Origin: Somniosus microcephalus
Lineage: Eukaryota
Reading direction: 5' to 3'
DNA length: 64,000 nucleotides
NCBI GenBank assembly: GCA_052327205.1
Contig: CM126228.1
Span: 21,142,001 to 21,206,000 of the forward strand
Under the pieces are notes generated by a model that was given only the letters and a program-made list of their open reading frames with translations, made no database searches and was not told the DNA's origin. Shown in pieces: positions 12,128 through 24,800 of the stretch (within the stretch, counting starts at the first letter, position 1; every line of letters begins with the position of its first letter). The translations under genes were made by a program, and so were the position numbers.

Positions 12128-15100
12128 CCTGGTCCTTTGCAACATGTCGATTGTGACCAGCAAACAGTAACTCATTTGGTCTTTGATTATTTGAATTAGT
12201 TCCAGCTACATACCAAACATGTGGACACTAAGGCTACGTTTTCATTATGAAGGAAGACTGATAGAACTATGTAAAGTCATCTTTTGCATATGTTTAAGGC
12301 TAAAGGCGGAAAAGCGTCCCATCGCTCCTTTAGATTTGCAATTTGTTCAATTTGGAAACACTAGTAAGACTGTATAAATGTAATGTTTTTGTTATTTACC
12401 ATTCGAAGGTTTTAATATTAGGTTTAACAACACATGTTTTTTAATCGAGTGTGTTTAATTACATTAAATTACACTCAAAATCCCAACAAAATATTACTCC
12501 CTGGAAAAGTAAGGCATTCACTCCAATGTGGGAGCGAAGGAGGATCCCATCTAAAGTACTACAATACTTTATTTTCTAATTTGAAAATAAACGTACTTGT
12601 TATGAACATTTCTTCTGAGTATCTCTGGCCACAACAAGCAACGCGAAGTGGCGAAGTGTCTGAAATAATAATTGTGCACATTTTTAAACAGCTCCTGCTG
12701 AAACGCTGTAACTACAAGCTGTGCCAATTTCGCAGCAGCCACAGGGCGCCTTCCTTTGCCTCCCTTTAATTGCTTCCACGTCATTTGACCTAAATCAATC
12801 ACTTCACTCAAATTAGATATAGGCAGATAACACTTTAAACTTCATCATTTACCTATTAATTACAATCGTCGTCATCTTCGTAAGTGCAAAAAGGCTATCA
12901 ATAGTGCTTTTAATTATTTACTGAAACCTAATCGAAACGAGACTGTTACACAAATGGCCAGAGAATGAACTAAGAGGAGCTTGTAATTCTATTCTAAAAT
13001 CCGCGGTTTGACATTGTGTTTTGGTTGTAAAAATCATTGTACCCCGTAAACAACTGCTGAAAGTCTGCATGTATAGTATACAGAGACAGACTTCATCTAA
13101 TATTGTAAATTGAATAAGTACACTCGAGTATTCTTAGCCCAAGACTGAAAGTGAAATATTTCGAAAACTATGCTATATTTAAAAATTGTTAATGTCTTTA
13201 AAGAGGAGATTGCATTACCTGCCAGAATATCAGTAACATCGTTTAAATGCTTGTAAATGCCTTCAGTTTAGACAAACATTAACAGAAAACAAATGTGGTT
13301 GGGTATTAGGTAGTTATAAATCAATAAAGTTACAAGGACACTGAGAAGCAAAATCAGGAAATGTCACAGGTGTAGAACTTTCCCAGAGTCCAACTATTTA
13401 GCCTAAAATATTCCAGAACTCGTATCGCATCTCTTATCGTTACAAAGCAAACAAGCAAATAGTGTGCAACGTTGCAAACAGTGGGAACCAATGTTTCCAA
13501 ATGTAACTAACATTCTAAGTCCATGAGAAACCCAAAAGCTTCCATCCAAATGAGGTTGTTCCAATCACACAAAGGAGCCCGTCATACTCTCAGGGAGCTG
13601 CTGGAGTGGTTTAGAACCCAACAAAAACATAGAAACGCACGTCTGCGCATTGGTGGACAGGTGAATTTCTGGGTCAGAATTTTAATTAAAGTAATTAATC
13701 ACAAGGGAGCTTTCTGAAAAAAGATGTCCTATAATTCTTGAAACATATCGAGGCCTTGTTAGAGGAGACAGCTGGAATAATTAAACATTTCAGGTTGCTA
13801 AGCAACGCAACATAAAATAATAAGGAAATTATTCACAACTTTTGTAAAATGTCTGTTTCACAACTTAAATTTAACAATAAAAATTACACCTTTCTCTTCT
13901 GCCACTTATGTCTGATTAGACCCCAGAAGTAAATACAAATAATGAATGTCTTGCACCATTGATGCACACTTGCTAGTGTGTAGTACCTGGCACTAACTGC
14001 TGTGTAAATTAGAGAGCAATTCACCCAATTTATACCGTTGTTTTTACAGTCTTGAAGCACATTCATCTTAGATCTGAATAGACTTGGCGTTTTAGGTGCT
14101 GCAAGAACACACTTTATAAATATCACAATAAAAATGTGGTTGGATTGATTGTAGCTGAAATTTACACCAGTCACGTCTGCACTTATAAGAACACATGAAC
14201 ATAAGAAATAGGAGCTTGTTTTTTGTGTGTTTGCAAATCACTGTTTGGAATTAACAACTTAATAGCAGTAATAAGAAATGGCGAATACTTAGAGTAATGG
14301 TTGTCCCTTTTCGTAAATAAGAAATATTTAGAAATTCAATCTCAACTAAATGTAACTCCTTAAACCCGTGACATTTGTTTGCGCATGTCACTGTTAAATG
14401 GGCCGAAACTGGAGAACTGACATGTTAATATATTCACAAAATACCGTTTGAAAAGGCTATTTACATCCGTGGGCCTGCTGAGAAAATGCAGATAAGTGGC
14501 TGGTATCTCAGCTGGCCTCGACGGATTCCTGTAATATCTGTTTTATGTACATTTCCACAATCTGCAGATCCTGACTTCCCCAATTATATCAGGGCGCAAC
14601 ACAGATAAGTGGAAAGAAAAGTTGAAATACCCTCTAAATACCCGTAACAACCAATGGGCGATGTTAAAACGATATTCATTTGAATCGAATTAACTCACTT
14701 GCAAATATTGTCAATAATTACCTGCGCGCAATCCAGGAAAATTTTCCAACAATTTCGAACGCTTTGAAACGTCTAACAAGCACCTTTTGTTTTATATTCT
14801 TGATTTTAAAATTATTGCAAATACTCCACCTTGTTAGATGAATGAACTCATTATATATTTTTATGGGAATTAAGTTCTGAAGAGATTTTTACATGGCGAA
14901 TTATCAGGCATATTGTGAAGCAGTGATAGTTAATAAGCAACATGTGGATACTGTGAGGTAGGACATTTTTTGACCAGCGTATGCTGCATTTTGTGGAGTT
15001 AAGCACTTTCTTGTCCCACAACTACAGCCAACATGTGTCAATTCTCCGCTGAATGGGCCATTTAAGTTGTTTCGCCAATTGCCCTGAAACCTGCCACTTG

Positions 15101-18100
15101 CTGTCCCCAAAAAGGCTGTTTGTTTACAGTAGAGTTTTTCCTCCATTATGGTCAAAACCATCTTCCATTGTTTGGAAATTATTATCTGAAAATGATTCAT
15201 TACGTCAGTGTAAGATTTGTATTGTGTCATAGCGTTCGTCTGTGTAAATGTAAAGCCAAGTACGAATAAAATCTGTCAGCTACCTTTTTAAAAATCTAAG
15301 AAACCAATTAAAAATGCAATAAAAAATCGTGCACTTAGATTTTTCAAAGTAAATGTGTATAAAAATGGGGTAAATCTAGATTTGAAATATGAAGAAGGAA
15401 CAAAATGGAGGCTGGAGAGGTCAGACTTGTAATTAGTGTCCTCTGCTTACATTTGAAGACAGTACAGGAAGTGTCAAGACCTCAATATTCCTTACATGTA
15501 ACTACCAATTTTTAGACTGTTTGCGGGAGGTTCAATGTAATCTCGGTGCTAGAAATCCCCCAGGGAGCCGCTGGATGAGGCAAACACAGGAGGCTGGCTG
15601 GACAAAGCAAGGAGAGAGCCGTATGAATAACACATTTCACTTAGCCCATAAAATTGTTTCAGCCTCTTCACAGAAGGACGTTTACCAAAAAAAACCCTTA
15701 TACAAAGCAATGAAACCGGCTGCTGTTCAGGTACAGGCTGGCAGGAAGACGGAAAGCAGCCCAGATTAACAGCTGTTAAATAATCACTCCCACACACGGT
15801 GTGCTTTCAAGATTCGGCGTGTTAACTCCGCCAAAAGATCAAAAACATAGCAAAGGTATCCAAGTTAATGAACACTTTGTTTACCTCCAATATCTGCCAC
15901 ATAATTCATTGTTTCTGTGTGGGATTTTATGGGAATTGTTTATCGGGCTAACACATTTTGCTATCTAATTTGTTAGAATTATTTCTGCAAAAACATGGTT
16001 ATGCACACGTATATCATATATTCAGACAAGTCGTTTCTTTAATTTTCTGTTTAAAAGAGGATCTGTGTTTTTCAGTGTAAAAGAATAAATAATAAATGAA
16101 TTGACTAAATAATATAGCACAGGTTAGGACACGATTAGATGGCTTTCCATCAGGTTGTTGTGTTTAGCACTATAAATATAACGACTATACGTAAACATTT
16201 ATTACTTAATGGACACACACAAAGAATTGTAATGTCTGAGATATCGCAGCTAACATTCCAATCTCCTTTAAAGGCCACGGCGAACTGAAATAAATGCATA
16301 TTAATAAGGTAAACAGAAAGGGTCTGTGGTTAAAGAGGTGATTAGCAATCCAAATCAGTGTGTGGGTATTTTCTATTGAGATGGAGACGTGACCTGTTCT
16401 AACATCAGCCAGCCCGCCTTGGCAGCGTTTACCTTCAGATAACACCCATAAGACTCGACAACATATTCTAATTCAAGTGGTTGTTTCCAGTATCGATCCA
16501 TGCAAATAAATGTAGACTGAGGTCGACAAAATTGTCGTAAAAATACACTCAAGGCTGCTTCTAAAAATCGAACAATGCGAATGTTATCAATCGTTCGATG
16601 GAGATTTCTTGGCGAGCTATTTACTCAACCGTACGCATGCTCTCAGAGCGATTGGATCTGGATTTTAATTATAGGACATGAAGAGCTGAAAATAGGTCAG
16701 TTTCTACAAATATATATACATTTATATATATATACGGTTTGCATGTGTCTTTTGCTATCTTGTGTAAGCTACGATTTAATATTCAAACGGGGCTTTCCGT
16801 GGCCAGAAGCAACTTTCTAAGTATTGCTCAATATTTTTTCTGCGAATAATTGAATTTTAACGAGGTTAGTATATTATTTTCTAAATAAAGTAGATTTTCA
16901 GATGAAACTACAACCTTTGCTGTAATCCATTCTGAAGTAAACGTTAGACTGCTAACGCACTGTGATTCGTTTTAAAACCAAAACCAAGTTTCCATTACGT
17001 TTTACAGCTGGGATCCGGAGAGTTCTGCATATTAATTGCTTTCCCATTATTATTATATATATAATCGCACTTCTTTTACAAAAATGACACACAATACGGC
17101 GAGCAAATACAGAAAAAAACCAGCCTTCCTTTGTGCTCTTGAAGTCTGAATTAAAAATGCCCACAAGTGCACGTCAGAGCCTGTGTGAAACGGATCACTG
17201 CTCCTGACTCTGGCTCAGATTGACTGTCTTTCGTTCTCTTGGGAAAAATTAATGGAGACCTATCAGTTAATTAACAAAGCCTCACGCAGGGCCACACCGA
17301 GAGAACAAACCCAGGCTGTCCTCACTCGGTGCAACACAATTCAAAAGTTACCAAAAGTAACAAGACGCCTTTTTTTCATAAATCACTGGCTACAGATCTG
17401 ATGCTTAATAAATCTGTAGGGCTCGAAATGACACCAATTAATACTCTGCATGGCTTCCTGTAAACTCGAGTCAAACGAGTATGTGAAACCAATGGCTAAT
17501 CATTTAATTTCATGGGCTTCAAAACAAACACATTTGGATTCCGGTCTGTCCTGGAAAGGTTGGGTTACTGATTTAACTCTACAACGCTACTGTAAGGGGG
17601 AGCGGTCGATTGTCAAAGGCGTTTGGATTCTCGTCTGGCTCTGAATACAACCGAGTCACAAAACTGAAGTGACATTTTGTGAGATTAGTTTCCATTCTAC
17701 TGTAGACAGACCCGCACCAGTGCAGTTAGATCAGCAACCCGGGGCTGCACTGGTCCCCTTGAACAATTGGGGCACGGGGCACAGGTGCAATGGGACTGCA
17801 AGTCGAGAGAGACAGGGGCTGCACCGCCGCGATCGCTGTGACAATAAAAACATTTACTACTGTAACAGAACTGATCAGACAAGTTTGGGATTGAGGGCTG
17901 CGTTCGATTGTGGGTTAGGATCCTGGTATTCGAACTAGACTTAAGAGAGCCCAATTATAAACAACCTTTTACTAGAATGGGGGTTTCTGTCTTGTCCTTT
18001 TGTATCATAGTCGCCCCTGTGAATCTCTTTACTGACACGGCCATTGTGTGACCATAGCACCAAGTACAAGACCCATTCACAGAGAGAGAGAGAGAGCGCG

Positions 18101-18111
18101 CTGGTCCTTAC

Positions 18112-19201
18112 CTGCCAACCTCAGAGCCGACATTCGTTGGAACTCAGGCTCTTGTAGCCACTTCCACATGCGCCTGAAGGTCTCCCGGCCCGACTTGAGT
18201 TTACTCCAGGGTTTGGGGTTCCTCAGCAGGTCGGACAGGGTCCCCTGCGAGCGGCACAGCACCCGCTGCGCGAAGATGGCTTGCGGGATGCTGTAGCGCT
18301 TCAATTCGGTGGTGATCCTCTGGGCGATTTCTTTGGTGTTGATCTCCTCCAGCTGGCCCGAGCCCCCGCCGCCGCTGGACTGCGATCCGTTGGAGGAAGG
18401 AGGCTGCTGCTCGGCCCGGCCCGAGCCCAGGACCTGCCCGTGGCCCTGGGCGTGCGGGTGGACGTGCGGCGGGTGGTGGTGGTGGAGCCCATTGATGGGC
18501 ACCATGCCCACGGAGGGAGGGCTCAGCCCGCGGCTCAGGTGCTGCTCCCCCCGGCTCAGCATGCCCGGGTGGCCCTCGAAGCCGTTGGGGGTCAGCATCT
18601 TGTCGCCGGGCATGGGTCCGGCGTGCCCGTAAGGTGGCAGGCCGTTCTGCGAGTTGTGGATGGTGCCCAGGCCATTGGGTAGAGAGGAGCCGGACAGAGG
18701 CGACAGGCTTTGGCCCATGCCGGCCATATCCTTGTGGTAGTGGCTGTACAGATTGTTCATCGAAGTCAAACCCCTGTCGTCTCGCATCAGGGTGAAGCTG
18801 CCGCTCACGTTGCCCGTCAAGCGCTGGTGGTGATGGTGGTGGTGGTGGTGATGGTGGGCGAACTTGTCGGAGACGGTGGAGATGGGCGGCAGCGGCTGCA
18901 GCGGGGTCAGGGTGGTGTAGGTGCTGCTCATGCTCATCCCCGGCGGGGTCTCGCAAGCCATGGTCATGGTGGGGTGCAGCGGGGCGGCCAGGGCGTGCTC
19001 CGGGGGCCGGTGGTAGTCGCCCGGAGCCTCCAGGATCGAAGCCATGCTGGACACCATGGAGCGAGCGTGGACCGGCAGGTTGCGGTGGCCGATCGGGCGG
19101 CCGTGGGGACTCTGGCCGCTCATCAGGTCGCCGGGCTGCACCGGATCATGAGCCACCCCGTGCAAATCGCCCAGATTCTCCATCGACAGCTGAGCGTTCA
19201 T
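18112..19201 (-). CDS. ONECUT1: ONECUT1/HNF6 coding exon 1 (N-terminus, TP box, poly-His, CUT domain)
   Basis: Translation MNAQLSMENLGDLHGV...TYTTLTPLQPLPPISTVSDKF-H10-QRL...EEINTKEIAQRITTELKRYSIPQAIFAQRVLCRSQGTLSDLLRNPKPWSKLKSGRETFRRMWKWLQEPEFQRMSALRLA. The MNAQL start and the ITTELK residues favour ONECUT1 over ONECUT2/3. The exon ends at a canonical donor GCAG|gtaagg (intron starts at 18111); 1090 nt, phase 1. Confidence 0.95.
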
Positions 19202-19760
19202 GCTTCTCGCAAGCTTTTAGTCCGAACATCTATCTGGCGTGTCCCCGGGAGAGCTCCACAACACGAGGTTCAGTTGCACTTTGCATTTCATTCATTCATT
19301 CATTCATTTATTTCTGCCAAATTTCATCTATTGTCACCCCCTTCGGACCCCCTTTTTTTCTCTCTCTCTCTTTCTCTCGTCTTCTTCTCTTCTCTCCCTT
19401 CGCTTGAAGGTTTTCTCTCCCACCCCCTCCCTCCCTCCCTCCCTCCCACCGCTTGTTGGGGCTCAGATCGCCGGCAGCCGCGGTGCCCGCCCGCTCCTGT
19501 CCCTCGCCGTCTCTCCAGCCATGTCCTCCTTGTGTGTGTCGGCTCCACACTTGGCTTGTCTTTGGCCCCAGCCGCCGCCGCCGCTGCTGCAGCCCCCCCG
19601 CCCCCCGCCCCCCACCCCATCCAGCCGGCGGGGCGCTGCGCACTCTCTGTCTGCGCACTCCTCTGCAGCCGCCCTGACGTCAAGCCCACCAATTGCAATT
19701 TGGCATTTCACTTCCGGGTTTCCCTTGTCAACACAAAATAGAGAGAGAGAGGAGAGAGGA
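19202..19760 (-). promoter_or_regulatory. ONECUT1 5' leader and GC-rich proximal promoter
   Basis: CpG-rich region with a perfect CRE TGACGTCA (19675-19682), CCAAT (19689-19693) overlapping the palindrome AATTGCAATT, ETS CCGGAAGT on the minus strand (19710-19717), and GC/purine tracts. The TSS cannot be determined from sequence alone. Confidence 0.65.
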
Positions 19761-21832
19761 AATCAAATCACAGCCTCCTGTTTAAAGCAATCCTGGCTCC
19801 AAGCTGCACATTGCACCTCCTCCTCCTCCCCCATCACACTCTCCACCAACACACATTCCTCTATTGCATTCAACAGCAAATGCTGCATCTAAAACATTTT
19901 GCACTAACTTTCAGATTTAAAAACATTGTATCTCAACGCATTTTACTCATAATCGGACTTATTTATAAACCAGCCGCACGGCACACACGGGTTAATTGAT
20001 TTTTTTTTTTAGGAATTTATTAAAACTGACCCGAAATTGACAGGCAGCCGAGATATTTTAGAAAAGGACCTCGTTCAGATCAACTCCAAACTGAACAGCG
20101 TCCCCGTTCTGATCCACTCGCTCCTCGGACGGCCACGGCCCGTTTAATTCCACGTATTTTTCATAAAAAAAAATCACTGAGCCCAGGTTTTTGTTTTTGT
20201 TTCCTTGCGGGAAATGAAGTTGATGTAATGGCGGCTCCACTGTAGATCAGGCTGGGAATGAAAGGCAGATCGTGGTCCGGCTATTTGTTTAGAGAGAGAG
20301 AAGAGAGAGAGAAGGGGCGGGGGGTGCAAAAATTAAAATTAAAGACCTGTGTTCCCAATCTCACAGCAGCTAGCCACCGGCCGAACATGTCGATTGGAAA
20401 TTCCAGGATAATGACGCAGATGGAAAGTGCAGTCAAAAACTGGTCGCAACATGTTTAGCTGAATTTGTATAATATATGTTTGATCAATAAACTGAGCTTG
20501 GATAGGCCAACAAAAGGAGATGATGTAGATTTAATTAACCACACAAGTCACTTCTGACGACTACAGTGCAACAAAATTGGCAAACAAATTAAATGGAAGA
20601 AGCTTCGAGCCACCGATCTATTTTTAGGTCGGCAATAGTTTGCTCGCTTTGGACTCGATCCCCTTCAAAAAAAATATAACGTTGATTCTCACCGGCAAAT
20701 AATTAAAACAAATAAGTGTTTACATTATGATAGAGACAATGGGTTTTATTTCTAAGAGGGACGCCGATCGACTCATGTCACTGTTTTAAGCACTGTCCCG
20801 ATAGGGTGCTGGCCACAAACGGGACAGATGTGCCTATTGTTCTACGAGTAACAATAACGGATGAGGCTAGACAAGTGTTTGGAAAATGTGGCCCTGTTCT
20901 CGCAGGCGAGCCGCGGGAGGGACGGAATTATGACATAATAGATTATGATATTTGACTGAATTCGAACAGATCTACATGAAATTGGTGAAATTGATTGGAT
21001 AGCAGAGAGTCGAATGATGGATATAAACAGGGCAAGTGTCGAATTATTGTCAGAATCCCATGTACAGAGAAGCCACGAGCAGGAATCAATCAATCACTCT
21101 TTTATTTCAGGAAAATTAAAACTATTATTATGATGGCAATTATGACATGACAAAGTGCTGAACATAACATTAGCGAACAAAACATTAACAACAAACAGAT
21201 GAACAGGATAATGTAAAACAAATCAGTGCAGGGACAGCGTATGTTACATTATCTGTTTAATCAAGCCCCAATTAGCATTAAGATGGATGCATTGCAGCAT
21301 TTATATCATTAAGCCATTATCTCGGCAGGAGTGTTTAGCAGCAACTGTTTCCATCAGTTATTTGCAATACATCTTCGGAAACAATGAAATAATCTCTGTA
21401 AAAGACAACCATTACTTTGTTGTCATGCTTCAAATATGCAGCAACTGAAGTTTCATCAATTAATAGCTTGTATTCTGATTATTGATTTGATTAATACTGT
21501 GGAATCTTACTCAATGCAATAGATTAGGTGGGACAACAAGTTGTACATAACCAGACCTGCATATAGCCCTGTCAGTACGATATCATGGAAATACTGGGAC
21601 CTCAAATCAATTTGCCACAAATTGGCTTATCTTAGATTTATACATACGTGTGGACTCAAATTTTGTTTTTCTAAAGTTCGATTAATAGTTGAAGTACCCA
21701 AAAAAGTGAAAATCTTAATAAGAAAAAAGTGGGGATTGGTAAATTATCTTTCATTAGATTGTGACAAAAACATGAATATAACACCACTGTTTTTTTAATC
21801 ATTGATCCATTCTTAATTCTTAATATAAACTG

Positions 21833-21861
<29 letters not shown>
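21833..21861 (+). repeat. (GT)n microsatellite
   Basis: About 14 GT units, seen directly. Confidence 0.95.
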
Positions 21862-21864
<3 letters not shown>

Positions 21865-24800
21865 ATTAATGACACTGAAAATTACCCTCAGTGATTGTGT
21901 AAGTATTTGGGGGAAATCAGCATATTTGAAATCAAAAAGGTACTGGCTAGAATCTAAAGGCTGCCTTTAGTTGTTCCAACAAAACGCTAAAAGGACTGTT
22001 ATGGGTAAATTTAAGCAGCATCTTGAACAGGCGTCTCCTTGCCCTTCTTTTATGGTGTTTTGCAGTGGTCAGTTGCTCGAGGTCTGTCCTGATTGAAAAG
22101 GGACATGTCAAAGGTGACGCTTCAAGACTCCAAGAGCCAACAGCTGCCGTTTCAACAGATTAACCGGAGACTTTTTTGTACTTTCGCTTGTTGAGCTTCT
22201 TGGAACCTGCTTAGCCACAAGAAAACACACATCTGTCAGTCGAAAACAAAATGCAAGAAATAAGACATGAACGATGCATTTTAGCGAATTAAAGCTTAAT
22301 ATTGCATATAGACACATTAAACAATACACCTGCACCTTAATAACAACCATGTTTTAATAGCAATCATGTCTTATTAAGAATAATTAAACTTTTAAAAATT
22401 AAAAGCAAGATATCATTTTGTTACGTATTGTCAATTTCCCATCAATTAAAGATTGCTCCAGAAACAAGACTGAATGTCAACGAGTGGCGGTAAACAAGTG
22501 CTCCTAAACTTAGCAGCAAGCTCATTAATAACACTTTGAAAGTTTTGAACCACTATCTCGCAGGCACTGATATACTGCACAGTAAGTGTGTGTTTTATTC
22601 TCTTGAAAGAAACACGCGTCCTGCGATTGCTAAAAGCCAAATATAAGCACAGGTCGGGTTTGCAATTCAGACTCCGCAGGCGACAAACACACAGTGCAAA
22701 TATCGCTAGAGTTGATGCATTTAATGAGATTTCGAAACAGTTGCCATCGTTAAATATTTTGAATTTCAGTCAAATGCCTTACTGTGATAAGTACGTGTTT
22801 AAACGTGATTTATTTCGAAAGTACATAGGGGCCTTAAATTGCCCATTGTTGTGACGGAAGGTATAACCTGACCTCAGATTTTGGTCATTGTGTTGAAAGT
22901 GATATGCTTATAAGGCATATACTCGCCCGACTTAAATGAACAGATTTGCACTGCTCATCCTTAAACTACAATGTATATAGTGAGGACGGTGTTCGTCATT
23001 TTAATGAACATTACGAGATGTACTTCCCGCAGGAAAGCAGAGGCCAAGCTTCGCGCTAAAACTGCATCTGTTCATATTCTCATACTGGTCGATATTTTTC
23101 ATTCACACTCACGCCTCTGCGGCTTGTAAAGGGAAAATTAGACTTTTGTTGAGATTCACTCAAGCAAATCTTATTCGTGTTAGAACGCGAGTTTGTCGCA
23201 TATGTTTTGTGACTGAATTAGAATATATAAAATGGTCGTGACCTGACGGTACTTCTTTACACTGAAAATAGCTGGGCCGCGAGGCCAGCAGACAGGAAGA
23301 ATAGCACAAGAAAAAAAAAGGCATGTGCCAATTAATTTAGTGGGAATTGATTGGTATAAATACCCATGTTATTAATATGTAGTCAAACATACATTTGCAA
23401 TGACAATCAGCAGCTCCCCTCAATTTTGTGGGCGATTTATTTCAAATGGATTTCACACGAATGCAAACTGTTTCCTTATCATATTGTTGCCACTTTAAAT
23501 TTCATTGTAAAATTATAATATAAATATTTGCCATTTTGACACTTTAGAGTTAAACGTGAAATTCACTCTGGGACATTCGAAAAATATTTCGTGTTCACCT
23601 TTGCTTGGAGATAGCATTCCTTATTTTTAAGCTATTTCAGAATTGTGATGTTCTTGTATCTTTTTAAATAAGCAGTTTTACAAGATTTATTAAAACCATC
23701 CGCTTACATTTTCTACTAATTTATGCTTGTTCACGATACCGTAACAAGTAACAAGTGTTTCACTTTCACTTCTGTTTCCATTTCTATTTCACAAAAAAAA
23801 ACCTGCCCTGTTACTGGGTATTTACAAAACAGCAACGTGAGAGCAAGGCGTTCGAATTGTGCTTTAATGATGTAACCTAGCTGGAAAAATAGTCACACAT
23901 TCATTGCATTATCGCCACACTCTCAGCATTGGGACATGAAGGTGGCCCACAGTTCGACTAACAACATGGAGGGGCGACGACAGCCAAATCTAGGGCAGGG
24001 CACAAACGCATCGTTCGTATTTCAGCCGGGCCTAAGTATAAAAGGAATCCATCGTGTCAAAGTCCAGGTAGATCTGTTATTGACTGCAGAGTAATAGTTC
24101 CCAAACGCCACTAATGTAGGCTGCGTCTCAACAGAAGTTACTGCACTTGCTCGTGTACATTATCTCCCCTTATTTCGCATTTTATGAACAACTTGCTAAG
24201 CAAGCAGAGTTGTTCCCATTAAATATTTACACTCTAATGTCTTCTTGTTTCAAATTATTAATTAGGCGCCTTTGGTCATTTTAGGTTGAAATGGAGAGTC
24301 TGCGAGGCTTTAAATATGATTTCAAATTATTACAGCCTTCTGTAATGCGAAAATTATTCGATGTCTTGCATGTCAGAGATTAACAGCTTTAAGGATCAAT
24401 AATATGAAATTCGCATATTGGAAGCGGGCAAATGACAGGGTTATTGATAGCAGGCATGTAAATTACTTCATACTGTAAAATAAATAAGAAAGTAAAACCG
24501 CAATCACCGGGATTAAAACGGGTAAATTGCTGTATACCTGCCGCCACAACACTGGAAACGTGGCAGCGAAATGGTTAGAATAACGACTAATTGTAGCCAG
24601 CGAGGATTTCAAGTGACCCTAACTGCAATAAGATCAATGCAAAGCGTTACAAGAAAACGTCATTTCTTTGTAATTTTCAAACTGATTTTAACATCAACTT
24701 CGAATTAGTTCCTGTTATTATATCGGCCGAAGCACTCCAGAGCAACAACCATCCGTAGCTTGAAGATTTATTTTCTTTTTAAATTGACTGAAATAAATAC

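Noticed and set aside
18077-18111. ORF-track C-terminal extension GKDQRALSLSL*
   Set aside because: Read-through into the intron past a canonical GTAAGG donor; the real protein continues in exon 2.
18710-19741. 343-aa plus-strand ORF and other overlapping ORFs (18201-18956, 19239-19892)
   Set aside because: Antisense or alternative-frame shadows of GC-rich ONECUT1 exon 1 and its low-complexity leader; no recognisable domain.
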